In this document: piece by piece, positions 28,547 through 38,303 of the stretch
How the letters are laid out: the number at the start of each line of letters is the position of its first letter
How positions within the stretch are numbered: the first letter of the stretch is position 1
Source: Candidatus Daviesbacteria bacterium
Lineage (GTDB): Bacteria > Patescibacteriota > Microgenomatia > Daviesbacterales > UBA10151
Length of the DNA stretch: 64,000 nucleotides
Direction of reading: 5' to 3'
Assembly (NCBI GenBank): GCA_030699125.1
Contig: JAUYKM010000009.1
Span: 108,647 to 172,646, forward strand
The notes under the pieces: generated by a model
The model's database searches: none
What the model was told of the DNA's origin: nothing
Seen by the model: only the letters and a program-made list of their open reading frames with translations
Position numbers and translations under genes: made by a program

Positions 28547-30172
28547 ATGAAACAAATAAAATCCATTGTCGGAAATAATTTGTTACTGATTACTATACTG
28601 CTGGCTTTAATTATCAGACTCATAAATATTGATTTTCCCAAATTTAGCGCAGAGGAAGCACAAGTAGCATCCCGTGCCAATTTTCTAATTAGTCACGGAA
28701 CAGATGAATTGGGTAGAAAACTTCCCTTTATTTTCAATTCCTCCTATGATTATCAATTGCCACTCACCTCATATATAACAGCATTTGGAGTACTGATATT
28801 TTCTAATAATGACTTAGGGGTAAGGCTACCGTTTATTTTAATTGGTATATTAATAGTTATATTAATTTATTTTATTTCGAAAATCTTATTTAAAGATAAG
28901 AAATTGGCCTATTTTTCAGCAATAATTGCAGTCGCTTCCCCTGGATTAGTATTCTTTTCTAAAATTCCCAATGAGTATATTGTATTAATAGTTCTTATGC
29001 TGATATTAATTTTGCTACTTCTGCAAGAGAAGATAAATAAATTTTTTATCATTACAGCCGTAATCTTACTGCTTATGACATCTAAGTTGGCATGGTTTAT
29101 CACCGTGCCCATTATTTTATTAAGCTTTTTCTTAAGAAATGATCTTAGTAGAGGAGAAAAGATTAACCTAATTGTTTTAGGCAGTATCCCAAATATATTG
29201 ATGGTTTATATTTTTCTTAATATCCCACAGGGAGGGAGGAGTTTAATAGAAAATAATTTTTCTATCCTTAATGATCTTAGCATCAAAAACGGGATAGATA
29301 GATTAAGGGGTCAGCAAATTGATGGTTGGCCTAATCTTTTAGATAGAATTTTACTAAATAAATCTTTTTTAATTATCGCCTCCTTTTTTCACTGGTTGTC
29401 TTATCTTCAGCCATCGTCTTTATTCGGACAGATAGATGCAAGTGGTAAATTTGGCTTTCTCAACCAGGGAGGATTGTCTAAAATCATTATCATCCCCCTT
29501 CTTATTGGATTAGTTCATTTAATAAAAGAGAAAAACAAAAAGGTTCTTACATTTTTTTTATTTGCCATACTTTTATCAATTCCTGGTGCACTTATTTATC
29601 CGAAAATTGAAATTGGTGTGTTAATTATCATTTTGCCCTTTTTGATATTGATTTCTGCATTCGGGATGTCAAAACTTAAGTCTGCATTTGTGAACATAGT
29701 AATAGTATTCATAGTTTTTGAGGCAATTCTTAATTCTTTTTTTATCTCTTCTAATGTAAAAATTTCCAATACTGATCGTCCTTTCTGGATAAAGCAAATA
29801 GTTAATGAAGCATATGATTACTCAAAAGTAGCTCAAGTTTTTTTCTCGGATAAAATAGCCCCGGATCCGGCTCCCTTCATTTTTTGGTATACATCCGCAG
29901 CTCCGCCTATTTCTTCTAAAGATAACTTCCCATATAAAATAATTCAAAGAGACATTGGAGCAATAAAAATTATCAATTCCGATAGAATTTCTTATCAATG
30001 CAAAGGCGACAAAATAAATTATTTTTTTCTTAACGAAGACGAATCAAAAACTTTCGAGAAAAATGCCACAACTTTTCAAAATTTTGATACTAAATTTGAG
30101 AGGATTTATGCTGATAATTTTAATCAGGATAGAGTTTATCTATATAAATCGTCAATATGCTTGAAACAATGA
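28547..30172 (+). CDS. GT39/PMT_2-like membrane glycosyltransferase variant, 2 of 6. Its loop motif is E-E instead of D-E.
   Basis: It carries 'FPKFSAEEAQVASRANFLISHGTDELGRKLPFIF' and has the same topology as its neighbours. Confidence 0.55.
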   Translation: MKQIKSIVGNNLLLITILLALIIRLINIDFPKFSAEEAQVASRANFLISHGTDELGRKLPFIFNSSYDYQLPLTSYITAFGVLIFSNNDLGVRLPFILIGILIVILIYFISKILFKDKKLAYFSAIIAVASPGLVFFSKIPNEYIVLIVLMLILILLLLQEKINKFFIITAVILLLMTSKLAWFITVPIILLSFFLRNDLSRGEKINLIVLGSIPNILMVYIFLNIPQGGRSLIENNFSILNDLSIKNGIDRLRGQQIDGWPNLLDRILLNKSFLIIASFFHWLSYLQPSSLFGQIDASGKFGFLNQGGLSKIIIIPLLIGLVHLIKEKNKKVLTFFLFAILLSIPGALIYPKIEIGVLIIILPFLILISAFGMSKLKSAFVNIVIVFIVFEAILNSFFISSNVKISNTDRPFWIKQIVNEAYDYSKVAQVFFSDKIAPDPAPFIFWYTSAAPPISSKDNFPYKIIQRDIGAIKIINSDRISYQCKGDKINYFFLNEDESKTFEKNATTFQNFDTKFERIYADNFNQDRVYLYKSSICLKQ

Positions 30173-31788
30173 ATAAACAAATTTTAATTCTTTTATTAAT
30201 AATAATTTTTGGTTCGTTTCTAAGGTTTTATAGACTAGATAATATACCAGTACAACTTAATCATGATGAGATTAGCCAATTGTATGATCTTAAATCAATT
30301 GTTGGAACGGGAAAAGATATCTATGGCAACTCTTATCCTTTGGCATTTCCATCAACAGGTGATTATAAACCTGGCCACTATATTTATATAAGTATGATTC
30401 CGTATCTTTTATTTGGGGATCAGGAAGTAACAATTAGAATTGCTGCAGCTTTTTTCGGAATCCTGACTATTTTGGGAACATTTTTATTTGTAAAAATTCT
30501 TACCAAAAATTGGCATGTAGCACTACTGGCGTCATTTTTAATAGCTATTACTCCTTCTGAGATTTTCTATTCCAGGAAAAGTTTCGAAAGTATTATTGGA
30601 GTATGTTTAAATCTTTTTGGTCTGTTCTATTTAATAAAAGGCCTAACTCTTAGAGGACTGAATGCGTTTATATATATAGGTATTTTGATAATGACTTTAG
30701 CGATGTATGTATACACCTCTTATGTAATAACCGTTCCGCTAACATTACTTCTGATATTTTTTATTTATTGGAAGAAGGCAAATCTTAATAGAAATAGTTT
30801 TTTTAGGATAGTTACCCTTTGGCTTATTTGTATTTTTCCGCTTATTTTTATTACTTTTACCAACAATGATTTGCGATTCCGCGCATCTTCTGTTTTTCTA
30901 ACGCAAGATCCTAATTTAGGTAAATTAATCGGTTTAACGCATAACCCATTAAAAGCATACTTTGACCTAGTGTTTGTTAAATATCTAAATCAATTTAATC
31001 CCGTTTTCCTTTTTGTAAATGGCTTGTCGCTTACTAATCAAACTATGTTGGATTCTGGCCCATTAATGATTGTTCAATTTCCGCTTATTATCATGAGTTT
31101 TATTTTTCTATTTTTGTATAAAGAATTCCTATTTCAAGGAAAATTTTTATTTTTTCTAATCTTAATTGCTATGATACCTTCATCTATAACTTTTGATGAT
31201 TTCAGTCCCCATAGGTCTGTCTTTGCATTTACCCTCTTTAGTATCATTTCAGCTTTTGGGTTATATTGGCTGATTCATGTAATTATTACATCCGAATTGA
31301 ATAAACTGTTTCAGTCAGTATTATTAGGAATTATTATGCTTATTTTAACCCTAAATTTAACCTACTTCATAAGAATATACGCATTTAGTTATCCTTATGA
31401 AAAATCTCAATATATAGAGTACCCTTTTAAGGAGGTATCTCAATATATCTGGTCACAATATGGTAATTTTGACAATATTATTTTCGACCCCAAATTTGGG
31501 ACGATTCAACCTTTTGTAGGAGTAGGAGCACAATATTATATAGCTTACTATGGAAATTTAGAGCCTATCTTTGTTCAATCTGAGTATTTAGATCTAAAAG
31601 ATAGACAGATGAGTATAGGAAAGATTAAAATCCGTCAAATTTATTGGCCAAATGATAAAAATTTGAAAAATATTTTAATAATAGGGAGTAAATGGACTAT
31701 CCCAATTAATGAACTTGATAAGGCTAAAATAATACATGAGTTCGCCTTATATGATGGTCAGCCCGCCCTTTATGCTATAAAGTTGTAG
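30157..31788 (+). CDS. GT39/PMT_2-like membrane glycosyltransferase, 3 of 6.
   Basis: It carries 'IPVQLNHDEISQLYDLKSIVGTGKDIYGNSYPLAF'. The C-terminal soluble domain contains 'NIIFDPKFGTIQPF'. Confidence 0.65.
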   Translation: MLETMNKQILILLLIIIFGSFLRFYRLDNIPVQLNHDEISQLYDLKSIVGTGKDIYGNSYPLAFPSTGDYKPGHYIYISMIPYLLFGDQEVTIRIAAAFFGILTILGTFLFVKILTKNWHVALLASFLIAITPSEIFYSRKSFESIIGVCLNLFGLFYLIKGLTLRGLNAFIYIGILIMTLAMYVYTSYVITVPLTLLLIFFIYWKKANLNRNSFFRIVTLWLICIFPLIFITFTNNDLRFRASSVFLTQDPNLGKLIGLTHNPLKAYFDLVFVKYLNQFNPVFLFVNGLSLTNQTMLDSGPLMIVQFPLIIMSFIFLFLYKEFLFQGKFLFFLILIAMIPSSITFDDFSPHRSVFAFTLFSIISAFGLYWLIHVIITSELNKLFQSVLLGIIMLILTLNLTYFIRIYAFSYPYEKSQYIEYPFKEVSQYIWSQYGNFDNIIFDPKFGTIQPFVGVGAQYYIAYYGNLEPIFVQSEYLDLKDRQMSIGKIKIRQIYWPNDKNLKNILIIGSKWTIPINELDKAKIIHEFALYDGQPALYAIKL

Positions 31789-31824
31789 AAATTAGCTTTT
31801 ATCTTTCCAAATTGTTAACATTAA

Positions 31825-33483
31825 TTGGTGAATAGAAAATTTCTCATTTTCTTTCTTGGGCTAATTTTACTATTTTCTTTTATCTTACGGTTTTATAAAG
31901 TAAACGAAATCCCACCATCTTTAAACTGGGATGAGGTATCCATTGCCTATAATGCTTACTCTATTTTAAAAACCGGCAAAGATGAGTGGGGACAATTTTT
32001 CCCCGTACATTTTAAGGCTTACGGAGAATATAAACTTCCAGTCCAAGTTTACGGTTCAATTCCAGGAATTACCATTTTTGGATTAAATGAGTTAGGGGTA
32101 AGGATTACGCCGGTTGTTTATGGAACTTTGACAGTATTGATAATGTTTTTTTTGGGACAAGTCTTATTTAGAAATAATCTAGTTGGTCTTTTGTCATCAT
32201 TTCTTCTGGCCATCTCTCCTTGGCATATCCAGTTAACTCGTGCCTCTTACGAATCGTCATTTGCTCTTTTTTGGGTAATTCTCGGGACGTGGTTACTTAT
32301 TAAAGGATTTGAGGATAGAAAGTGGTTTATATGGTCCATGATTCCTTTTGCAGCTTCAGTTTTTACATATAACAGTGCCAGGATTTTTACTCCTTTATTT
32401 TTGATGGCTGTTGCCATTATTTATAGACATCATTTGATAAAAGTAAAAAGAACTGTCTTAATCTCTATGATAGTCTTTACCATACTGATATTACCGTTAA
32501 CCCCATTTCTATTTGGTGGGGAAAGGAGCGCCAGATATAAATTGGTTAGCATAACAGATGATCCGGGACTTATTCCCAGAATTGAAGAAAGAAGAAATAA
32601 TTCAATTCTTCCCTCTCCTCTGACTAGATTAATCCATAACAGAATAACCTATGTGTCATTTTATTTCACCAGAAATTATTTAGCTCATTTTACCCCGGAC
32701 TTTTTATTCATTAATGGCGCACCTCATAAACAGCATCATGTACAGGGAATGGGGCAGCTATATTGGTTCCAGGCGCCATTTTTATTTCTAGGATTCTTTC
32801 TTTTATTCAAAAAGAAAAATGAATTTAGATGGTTGATAATGAGTTGGATTCTTCTTATTTATATACCTGTGTCCGTGACTAATGATAGTATTCCTCACGC
32901 CTTGCGGTCTGCCATAGCTACACCAGTCTATCAACTTCTTACGGCTTTTGGCATATATCAAGCCTATCTATTGATAAAAAATAAAAAGATGCTGTGGCAA
33001 TTTTTATTATGGGGGATAGTGGTAACAATAGGATTATGGCAGTTTATAAGTTACTTAATAAATTACTACACCATTTATCCCAAAAATTATTCCAGAGATT
33101 GGCAGTATGGTTATAAGCAAGTGCTGGAATATATAAGGGTACACAAAGATGAATATGACGAGATTGTTTTTACCAGACATTTCGGAGAACCGCATATGTT
33201 TACTTTATTCTACCTAAATTATGATCCAGCGAAATACCAAACTGATCCGAATTTAGTCAGATTCGAAACCTATGATTGGGTGAGAGTATTAAGATTTGAT
33301 AAATACTACTTCCCTGATTTAGGAGATAGAGAAACTCAATTTGCAGATATTGTTAGGGATAATCCGGGAGAGAAATTGTTATTTATTGGTAGAGAAGGAG
33401 ATTTTCCAAAAGAAATGCCACGACTTTTGTCCATAGACTTTTTAAATGGTGATAATGCCTTTGATGTTGTAGAGGTCAGATGA
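31825..33483 (+). CDS. GT39/PMT_2-like membrane glycosyltransferase, 4 of 6.
   Basis: It carries 'PPSLNWDEVSIAYNAYSILKTGKDEWGQFFPVHFKAYGEYKLPV', 'SPWHIQLTR' and 'DSIPHALRSA'. The C-terminal domain contains 'FTLFYLNYDPAKYQ'. Confidence 0.7.
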   Translation: MVNRKFLIFFLGLILLFSFILRFYKVNEIPPSLNWDEVSIAYNAYSILKTGKDEWGQFFPVHFKAYGEYKLPVQVYGSIPGITIFGLNELGVRITPVVYGTLTVLIMFFLGQVLFRNNLVGLLSSFLLAISPWHIQLTRASYESSFALFWVILGTWLLIKGFEDRKWFIWSMIPFAASVFTYNSARIFTPLFLMAVAIIYRHHLIKVKRTVLISMIVFTILILPLTPFLFGGERSARYKLVSITDDPGLIPRIEERRNNSILPSPLTRLIHNRITYVSFYFTRNYLAHFTPDFLFINGAPHKQHHVQGMGQLYWFQAPFLFLGFFLLFKKKNEFRWLIMSWILLIYIPVSVTNDSIPHALRSAIATPVYQLLTAFGIYQAYLLIKNKKMLWQFLLWGIVVTIGLWQFISYLINYYTIYPKNYSRDWQYGYKQVLEYIRVHKDEYDEIVFTRHFGEPHMFTLFYLNYDPAKYQTDPNLVRFETYDWVRVLRFDKYYFPDLGDRETQFADIVRDNPGEKLLFIGREGDFPKEMPRLLSIDFLNGDNAFDVVEVR

Positions 33484-34877
33484 AGAATTCAACAATTCTA
33501 TTAACCATAATTTGTGTTCTTTTTCTCATTACACATCTATATAAAATTGGTGAAATTCCACCTTCAGTTTATTGGGATGAGGCATCAATTGGCTATAATG
33601 CATATTCCATTGCCCAGACTGGAAAAGATGAATGGGGGGATTTTTTGCCGATACACTTTAGGGCATTTGGAGAATTTAAATTACCTGTATATATTTATTC
33701 TGTAGTGGCTTTCGTACAACTTTTCGGACTAAATGAGTTTTCAGTTAGAATTCCTGCAGTTTTATTTTCATTGGGAAGTATAATTTTTACTTTTTTATTG
33801 GCAAAGAAATTGTCAGGAAATGAAACTGTTGGATTATTTGGTGCTTTCCTCCTTGCCATTTCACCCTGGTTTTTTATTTTTTCAAGAATAGGGTTTGAGG
33901 TAACTGCAGGACTGATGTTTTATCTTTTGGGAATCGTACTCTTTTTAAAAGCCGAAAATAAAGGTAAGTTTATCCTTTTTTCCATAATTAGTTTTATTCT
34001 AAGTGCTTATAGTTACAATAGTTTTAGAATTATCTCACCATTAACGCTCTTGGCACTGATTATTTTTGAGTACGGTAACTTGAAGGAAGTTTCAAGCAAG
34101 AACAAAGTTTATTTTCTTACATCAATTATCCTTTTATTTTTAGCTGCTATACCAATTCTCAGATTATATGTTTTTGATGCCGGTATTGCTAGATTCCAAA
34201 CGGTTGGAGAGATGTCTACCTTAACTATAGTAAATAATTATCTCTCGCATTTTGATCCGATTTTTTTATTTATCCAGGGAGATAATAATTTAAGGCATCA
34301 GCAAGCTGGTTTCGGACAACTTTATTTTCCGGAACTTGCACCTATTATAATAGGATTAATTTATATGTTTAGGAGTAAATTTAAATATAGGTGGATTCTC
34401 CTAATAATAATTTTTATTTCACCCATTCCTGCTGCAATTACCAAGGAGTCACCACATGCTTTGAGGTCTTTATCCATGGTGCCATTCATTCATATTACTT
34501 CAGCGATGGGAGTTTTTTATTTGACACAATTCTTCAGGCAAAAAATGCTGATAAGTCTAACCTTAGTTACTGTATTTTTAATCTTTTTTGTTAATTACTT
34601 TATTAATTTCATAACTATTTATCCGAAAGAGTCTGCAGGCTGGTGGCAATTTAATTATAAAAAAATATTTACAGATTCAAAACTTCAATCTGAAAATGAA
34701 AACAAAATTTATATATCTGACAAGGAAGGACAACCATATATTTTTGCTCTATTTTATTTAAAGTATAATCCGGAAAAATTCAGAGAAGAAGTTGAAAGAA
34801 ACAGTGTCGATATGTGGGGTTTCTCAACTGTTAAAAGTTTTTCTAATTTTGAGTTTGGGGATTATAATGAAAAATAA
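33480..34877 (+). CDS. GT39/PMT_2-like membrane glycosyltransferase, 5 of 6.
   Basis: It carries 'PPSVYWDEASIGYNAYSIAQTGKDEWGDFLPIHFRAFGEFKLPV', 'SPWFFIFSR' and 'ESPHALRSL'. It is about 50% identical to gene 31825 in the N-terminal half. Confidence 0.7.
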   Translation: MKNSTILLTIICVLFLITHLYKIGEIPPSVYWDEASIGYNAYSIAQTGKDEWGDFLPIHFRAFGEFKLPVYIYSVVAFVQLFGLNEFSVRIPAVLFSLGSIIFTFLLAKKLSGNETVGLFGAFLLAISPWFFIFSRIGFEVTAGLMFYLLGIVLFLKAENKGKFILFSIISFILSAYSYNSFRIISPLTLLALIIFEYGNLKEVSSKNKVYFLTSIILLFLAAIPILRLYVFDAGIARFQTVGEMSTLTIVNNYLSHFDPIFLFIQGDNNLRHQQAGFGQLYFPELAPIIIGLIYMFRSKFKYRWILLIIIFISPIPAAITKESPHALRSLSMVPFIHITSAMGVFYLTQFFRQKMLISLTLVTVFLIFFVNYFINFITIYPKESAGWWQFNYKKIFTDSKLQSENENKIYISDKEGQPYIFALFYLKYNPEKFREEVERNSVDMWGFSTVKSFSNFEFGDYNEK

Positions 34878-36462
34878 CTTAATTAAGATATTATTAATCC
34901 TGATATTGATTCTTTCCGCCGTTGTTCGGATTTATCGTTTAGATAGTGTTCCTCCCTCAATCTCTTGGGATGAGGCAGCAGTAGGTTACAATGCCTGGAC
35001 GATCAGTGAGTATGGCAAAGATGAGTATGGGAAAAGCTTTCCCCTAACATTTAAATCTTTTGGAGATGATAAACATTCTGTCCACATTTACTTAACTGCC
35101 ATTTCTGTAAAACTTTTCGGTTTATCTGAATTTACTACTAGATTGCCAGCTGCCCTTTTTGGAATTTTCAATATCTTCTTAATATTTTATTTAGGCAAAT
35201 TGCTTTTTAGAAATGAGTGGATAGGAATTATGGCAGCAGTATTTCTTGCCATTTCACCATACCATATCCAATTTTCCAGATTTAATCATGAATTAAACTT
35301 TGCATTATTTTTCTTTTTATTGGGATTAATAACATTTATTAGAGGATTAGAAGGAAGAAAATGGTTACTTACAGCCTCATTTATTAGTTTTGGATTAGAT
35401 TTGTTAAGTTATCATAGTGCTAAGGTAGTTGTTATTCCCTTCATATTAATCTTAATATTGATGTATTTTCAAAACCTTTGGAAAATGAGGATTTATTTTT
35501 TCTTGGGTATAGTTTTTCTACTATTTTTTTTGGGGCTAATTTTTTTAAATCCTACTTTGTTGGGTATAGCAAGGGCAAAACAAACTGCTCTTCCTCAGTC
35601 AGATATTAATGATACCAAGCTTTATAAATTTTTTCAAAATCAATACTTAGGTTATTCAGAAAGATTAGTTCAAAATTACCTGTCTCATTTTAATCCGGAA
35701 TATTTATTTATTAAGGGTGGAGAAAATACTAAATTTTCTACTCACCAAGTTGGGGAATTTTATAAGATTGACGCCCTTTTCTTATTAGTAGGTTTTTTAG
35801 CTTTAGTATTAAAAAAAACAAGGACATCAATAATTTTGCTTTCTTGGGCTTTACTAGCACCGATTCCTTCTAGTTTAACTAACGAAGCTCCTCATGCAGG
35901 GAGAGCACTATATATGATGGGAAGTTGGCATCTAGTCTCAGTATATGGTTTTTATATAATTTTTACCAAATTAAAAGGTAGAAAATTTATGCATAGCTTA
36001 ATAGCAGTAACCTTTTTTATTTTGTTTATTTCATTTATAACTCATCTAAAATATTATTTTGAAAAATATCCTAGGGAAAATGCAATCGACTGGCAATATG
36101 GAATGAAACAAGTAGTAGAGTTTATTAAGACTAGTCCTCAATATAATTATATATACATGACAGATAGTAGATTTCAACCTTACATCTTCTTTTTGTATTA
36201 CCTGAAAACTCCGCTACCTGAATATTTATTGAGAGTCGTTTATAATAATTCGGAAAGCAAAAGTTATAGTATGGTATCTTATTTTGATAAATATTTTTTT
36301 GGAGGATGGGATACAGCAGAAAGTGTGCCACAAAAGGACGTATTATATATCTTAACTCCTTATGAGTACGATGGTTTAAAATATAAAAGTAAATTTGATA
36401 TAAGAAAGAAAGTTCAATATCCTAACGGAATTGACGCTTTCTTTATAGTGAGTGGAAACTAG
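34867..36462 (+). CDS. GT39/PMT_2-like membrane glycosyltransferase, 6 of 6.
   Basis: It carries 'PPSISWDEAAVGYNAWTISEYGKDEYGKSFPLTF', 'SPYHIQFSR' and 'EAPHAGRAL'. The start is placed at the ATG at 34867 (MKNNLIK), not at 34792, because the 34792 ATG would overlap the upstream gene by 86 nt. Confidence 0.65.
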   Translation: MKNNLIKILLILILILSAVVRIYRLDSVPPSISWDEAAVGYNAWTISEYGKDEYGKSFPLTFKSFGDDKHSVHIYLTAISVKLFGLSEFTTRLPAALFGIFNIFLIFYLGKLLFRNEWIGIMAAVFLAISPYHIQFSRFNHELNFALFFFLLGLITFIRGLEGRKWLLTASFISFGLDLLSYHSAKVVVIPFILILILMYFQNLWKMRIYFFLGIVFLLFFLGLIFLNPTLLGIARAKQTALPQSDINDTKLYKFFQNQYLGYSERLVQNYLSHFNPEYLFIKGGENTKFSTHQVGEFYKIDALFLLVGFLALVLKKTRTSIILLSWALLAPIPSSLTNEAPHAGRALYMMGSWHLVSVYGFYIIFTKLKGRKFMHSLIAVTFFILFISFITHLKYYFEKYPRENAIDWQYGMKQVVEFIKTSPQYNYIYMTDSRFQPYIFFLYYLKTPLPEYLLRVVYNNSESKSYSMVSYFDKYFFGGWDTAESVPQKDVLYILTPYEYDGLKYKSKFDIRKKVQYPNGIDAFFIVSGN

Positions 36463-36476
36463 AAAAAAGTTAAATT

Positions 36477-37232
36477 ATGAATAGACTTTCAGTAGTTTTG
36501 GCAACCTATAACGAGGAAAAAAACTTAGAAGATTGTTTAAGGAGTATTTGTGATATTGCTTGGGAAATTGTTGTAGTAGATGGAGCATCTCAAGATAAAA
36601 CTGTTGCTATTGCCAAAAAGTATGGAGCAAAGGTATCCATAACTGATAATCCGCAAAACTTTCATATTAATAAAAATAAAGCCATAGATAAAGCAGTCGG
36701 AGATTGGATATTTCAGCTAGATGCTGATGAAAGAGTGACAGAAGAGTTAAAAAGAGAGATAAGGCAAGCAATTGGTAAAAATGAGCAAGTAAACGGTTAT
36801 TGGATACCACGAAAAAACTTTTTTTTGGGAAGATTTTTAAAAAAAGGTGGTCAATATCCTGACTATACTTTAAGGTTATATAAAAAGGGTAAAGGGAAAC
36901 TTCCTGCGAAAGATGTGCATGAGCAAGCCGAGGTAGAAGGTAAGGTAGGTTATTTAAAAAATGATTTATTACATATTCGAGATAAAAACTTCTCGACTTA
37001 TATGGACGGATTTAATAGATATACTGACTTAATGGCAAATGATTTGAAAAAGAGAAAAGATGGAAAGTTGTTGTCCTTTTTTAATTTTGTTTTTTTAAAG
37101 CCTGCGATCTGGTTTATGAAAGCATACATTAGACACAAAGGTTTTGAAGATGGATTTCCTGGTTTTATTTTTGCTCTTTTTTCTTCGTTAAGATTTCCTG
37201 TATCATATTTTAAATATCTAACCAATGATTAA
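36477..37232 (+). CDS. GT2-family glycosyltransferase (GT-A, DXD).
   Basis: It carries 'LSVVLATYNEEKNLEDCLRSI...IVVVDGASQDKTVAIAKKYGAKV' and 'WIFQLDADERV'. It is a paralog of genes 23157 and 24060. Confidence 0.75.
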   Translation: MNRLSVVLATYNEEKNLEDCLRSICDIAWEIVVVDGASQDKTVAIAKKYGAKVSITDNPQNFHINKNKAIDKAVGDWIFQLDADERVTEELKREIRQAIGKNEQVNGYWIPRKNFFLGRFLKKGGQYPDYTLRLYKKGKGKLPAKDVHEQAEVEGKVGYLKNDLLHIRDKNFSTYMDGFNRYTDLMANDLKKRKDGKLLSFFNFVFLKPAIWFMKAYIRHKGFEDGFPGFIFALFSSLRFPVSYFKYLTND

Positions 37233-38295
37233 AGTAGCCATAAGTAAGTACCCGCTAATAAGTGCCCATAAAAAAAGAGGTATTGGTTACTATACGCAAA
37301 ATCTTATAGATCAGCTAAAAAAAGATAAATCTATTTCAATTCAGGAATTTGTCAATCAATCTGAGGTAAAAGATACAGATGTAATTCATTATCCCTGGTT
37401 TGATCTGTATTCCCATACCTTACCAATAAAAAATAAATTTCCGACTGTCGTGACAATTCATGATGTGATCCCACTTATTTTTCGGAAGAATTACCCAGTC
37501 GGTATTAAGGGTAAGTTTAATTTCTTTTTGCAAAAAATTTCGCTAAATAATTGTCGGGCCATCATCACTGATTCTGAAGCTTCTAAAAAAGATATCAAGA
37601 AATACCTAAAGATTGAAGACGAAAAAATATTTATTGTATATTTGGCAGTAGATGAATCATTTAAAAAAATAAATGAATCGCAATTAATTCGTTTAAGAAG
37701 AAAATATCATTTACCACAGAGATTTATCCTGTACTCGGGCGATGCCAATTGGACTAAGAACCTCCCTTTTTTGGTAAAAGGCTTTAAAAATTTAGTAAAT
37801 ATAAAAGGGTATGATGATATTAAATTAGTGCTAATTTCAGATGTTTTTTTAAAAAAATTAGATAACATAGATCACCCGGAACTTAATAGTTTAAAAGACA
37901 CTTTAAAATTTATTGAAACAAATTTGGAAGGAAAAGTAATTACACCAGGATTTGTGGAAAAGGATGAATTGGTGGCTTTTTACAATCTGGCAACAGTTTA
38001 TGTTCAGCCTTCTCTTTACGAGGGTTTTGGTTTACCCATACTACAGGCTTTAGCTTGCGGAACTCCGACAGTCTCTTCCAGTGCCGGATCTTTGCCGGAA
38101 GTAGGGGGAAAAACTGCTCTGTATTTTGATCCGAATAATTTAGAACAGTTTAGTTCACTACTAAAAGAAACAATTAATGATGAGTCGTTAAGAAGTAGAT
38201 TAACCATCTTGGGTTTGGAGCAGGCTAAAAAATTTTCCTGGGAAAAAGTAGCGGCGGAAACAAAAAATGTTTATCTAAAAGCTTTAAGGAAGTAG
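37225..38295 (+). CDS. GT4-family (GT-B) glycosyltransferase.
   Basis: It carries 'YEGFGLPILQALACGTPTVSSSAGSLPEV', the canonical GT4 E-x7-E motif. Confidence 0.75.
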   Translation: MIKVAISKYPLISAHKKRGIGYYTQNLIDQLKKDKSISIQEFVNQSEVKDTDVIHYPWFDLYSHTLPIKNKFPTVVTIHDVIPLIFRKNYPVGIKGKFNFFLQKISLNNCRAIITDSEASKKDIKKYLKIEDEKIFIVYLAVDESFKKINESQLIRLRRKYHLPQRFILYSGDANWTKNLPFLVKGFKNLVNIKGYDDIKLVLISDVFLKKLDNIDHPELNSLKDTLKFIETNLEGKVITPGFVEKDELVAFYNLATVYVQPSLYEGFGLPILQALACGTPTVSSSAGSLPEVGGKTALYFDPNNLEQFSSLLKETINDESLRSRLTILGLEQAKKFSWEKVAAETKNVYLKALRK

Positions 38296-38303
38296 ATAGT
38301 TGG

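Noticed and set aside
37841-37860. T7A7 palindromic homopolymer 'tttttttaaaaaaa' in GT4 gene 37225.
   Set aside because: It is in-frame coding sequence (DVFLKKLD). It is too short and imperfect to call a regulatory hairpin.
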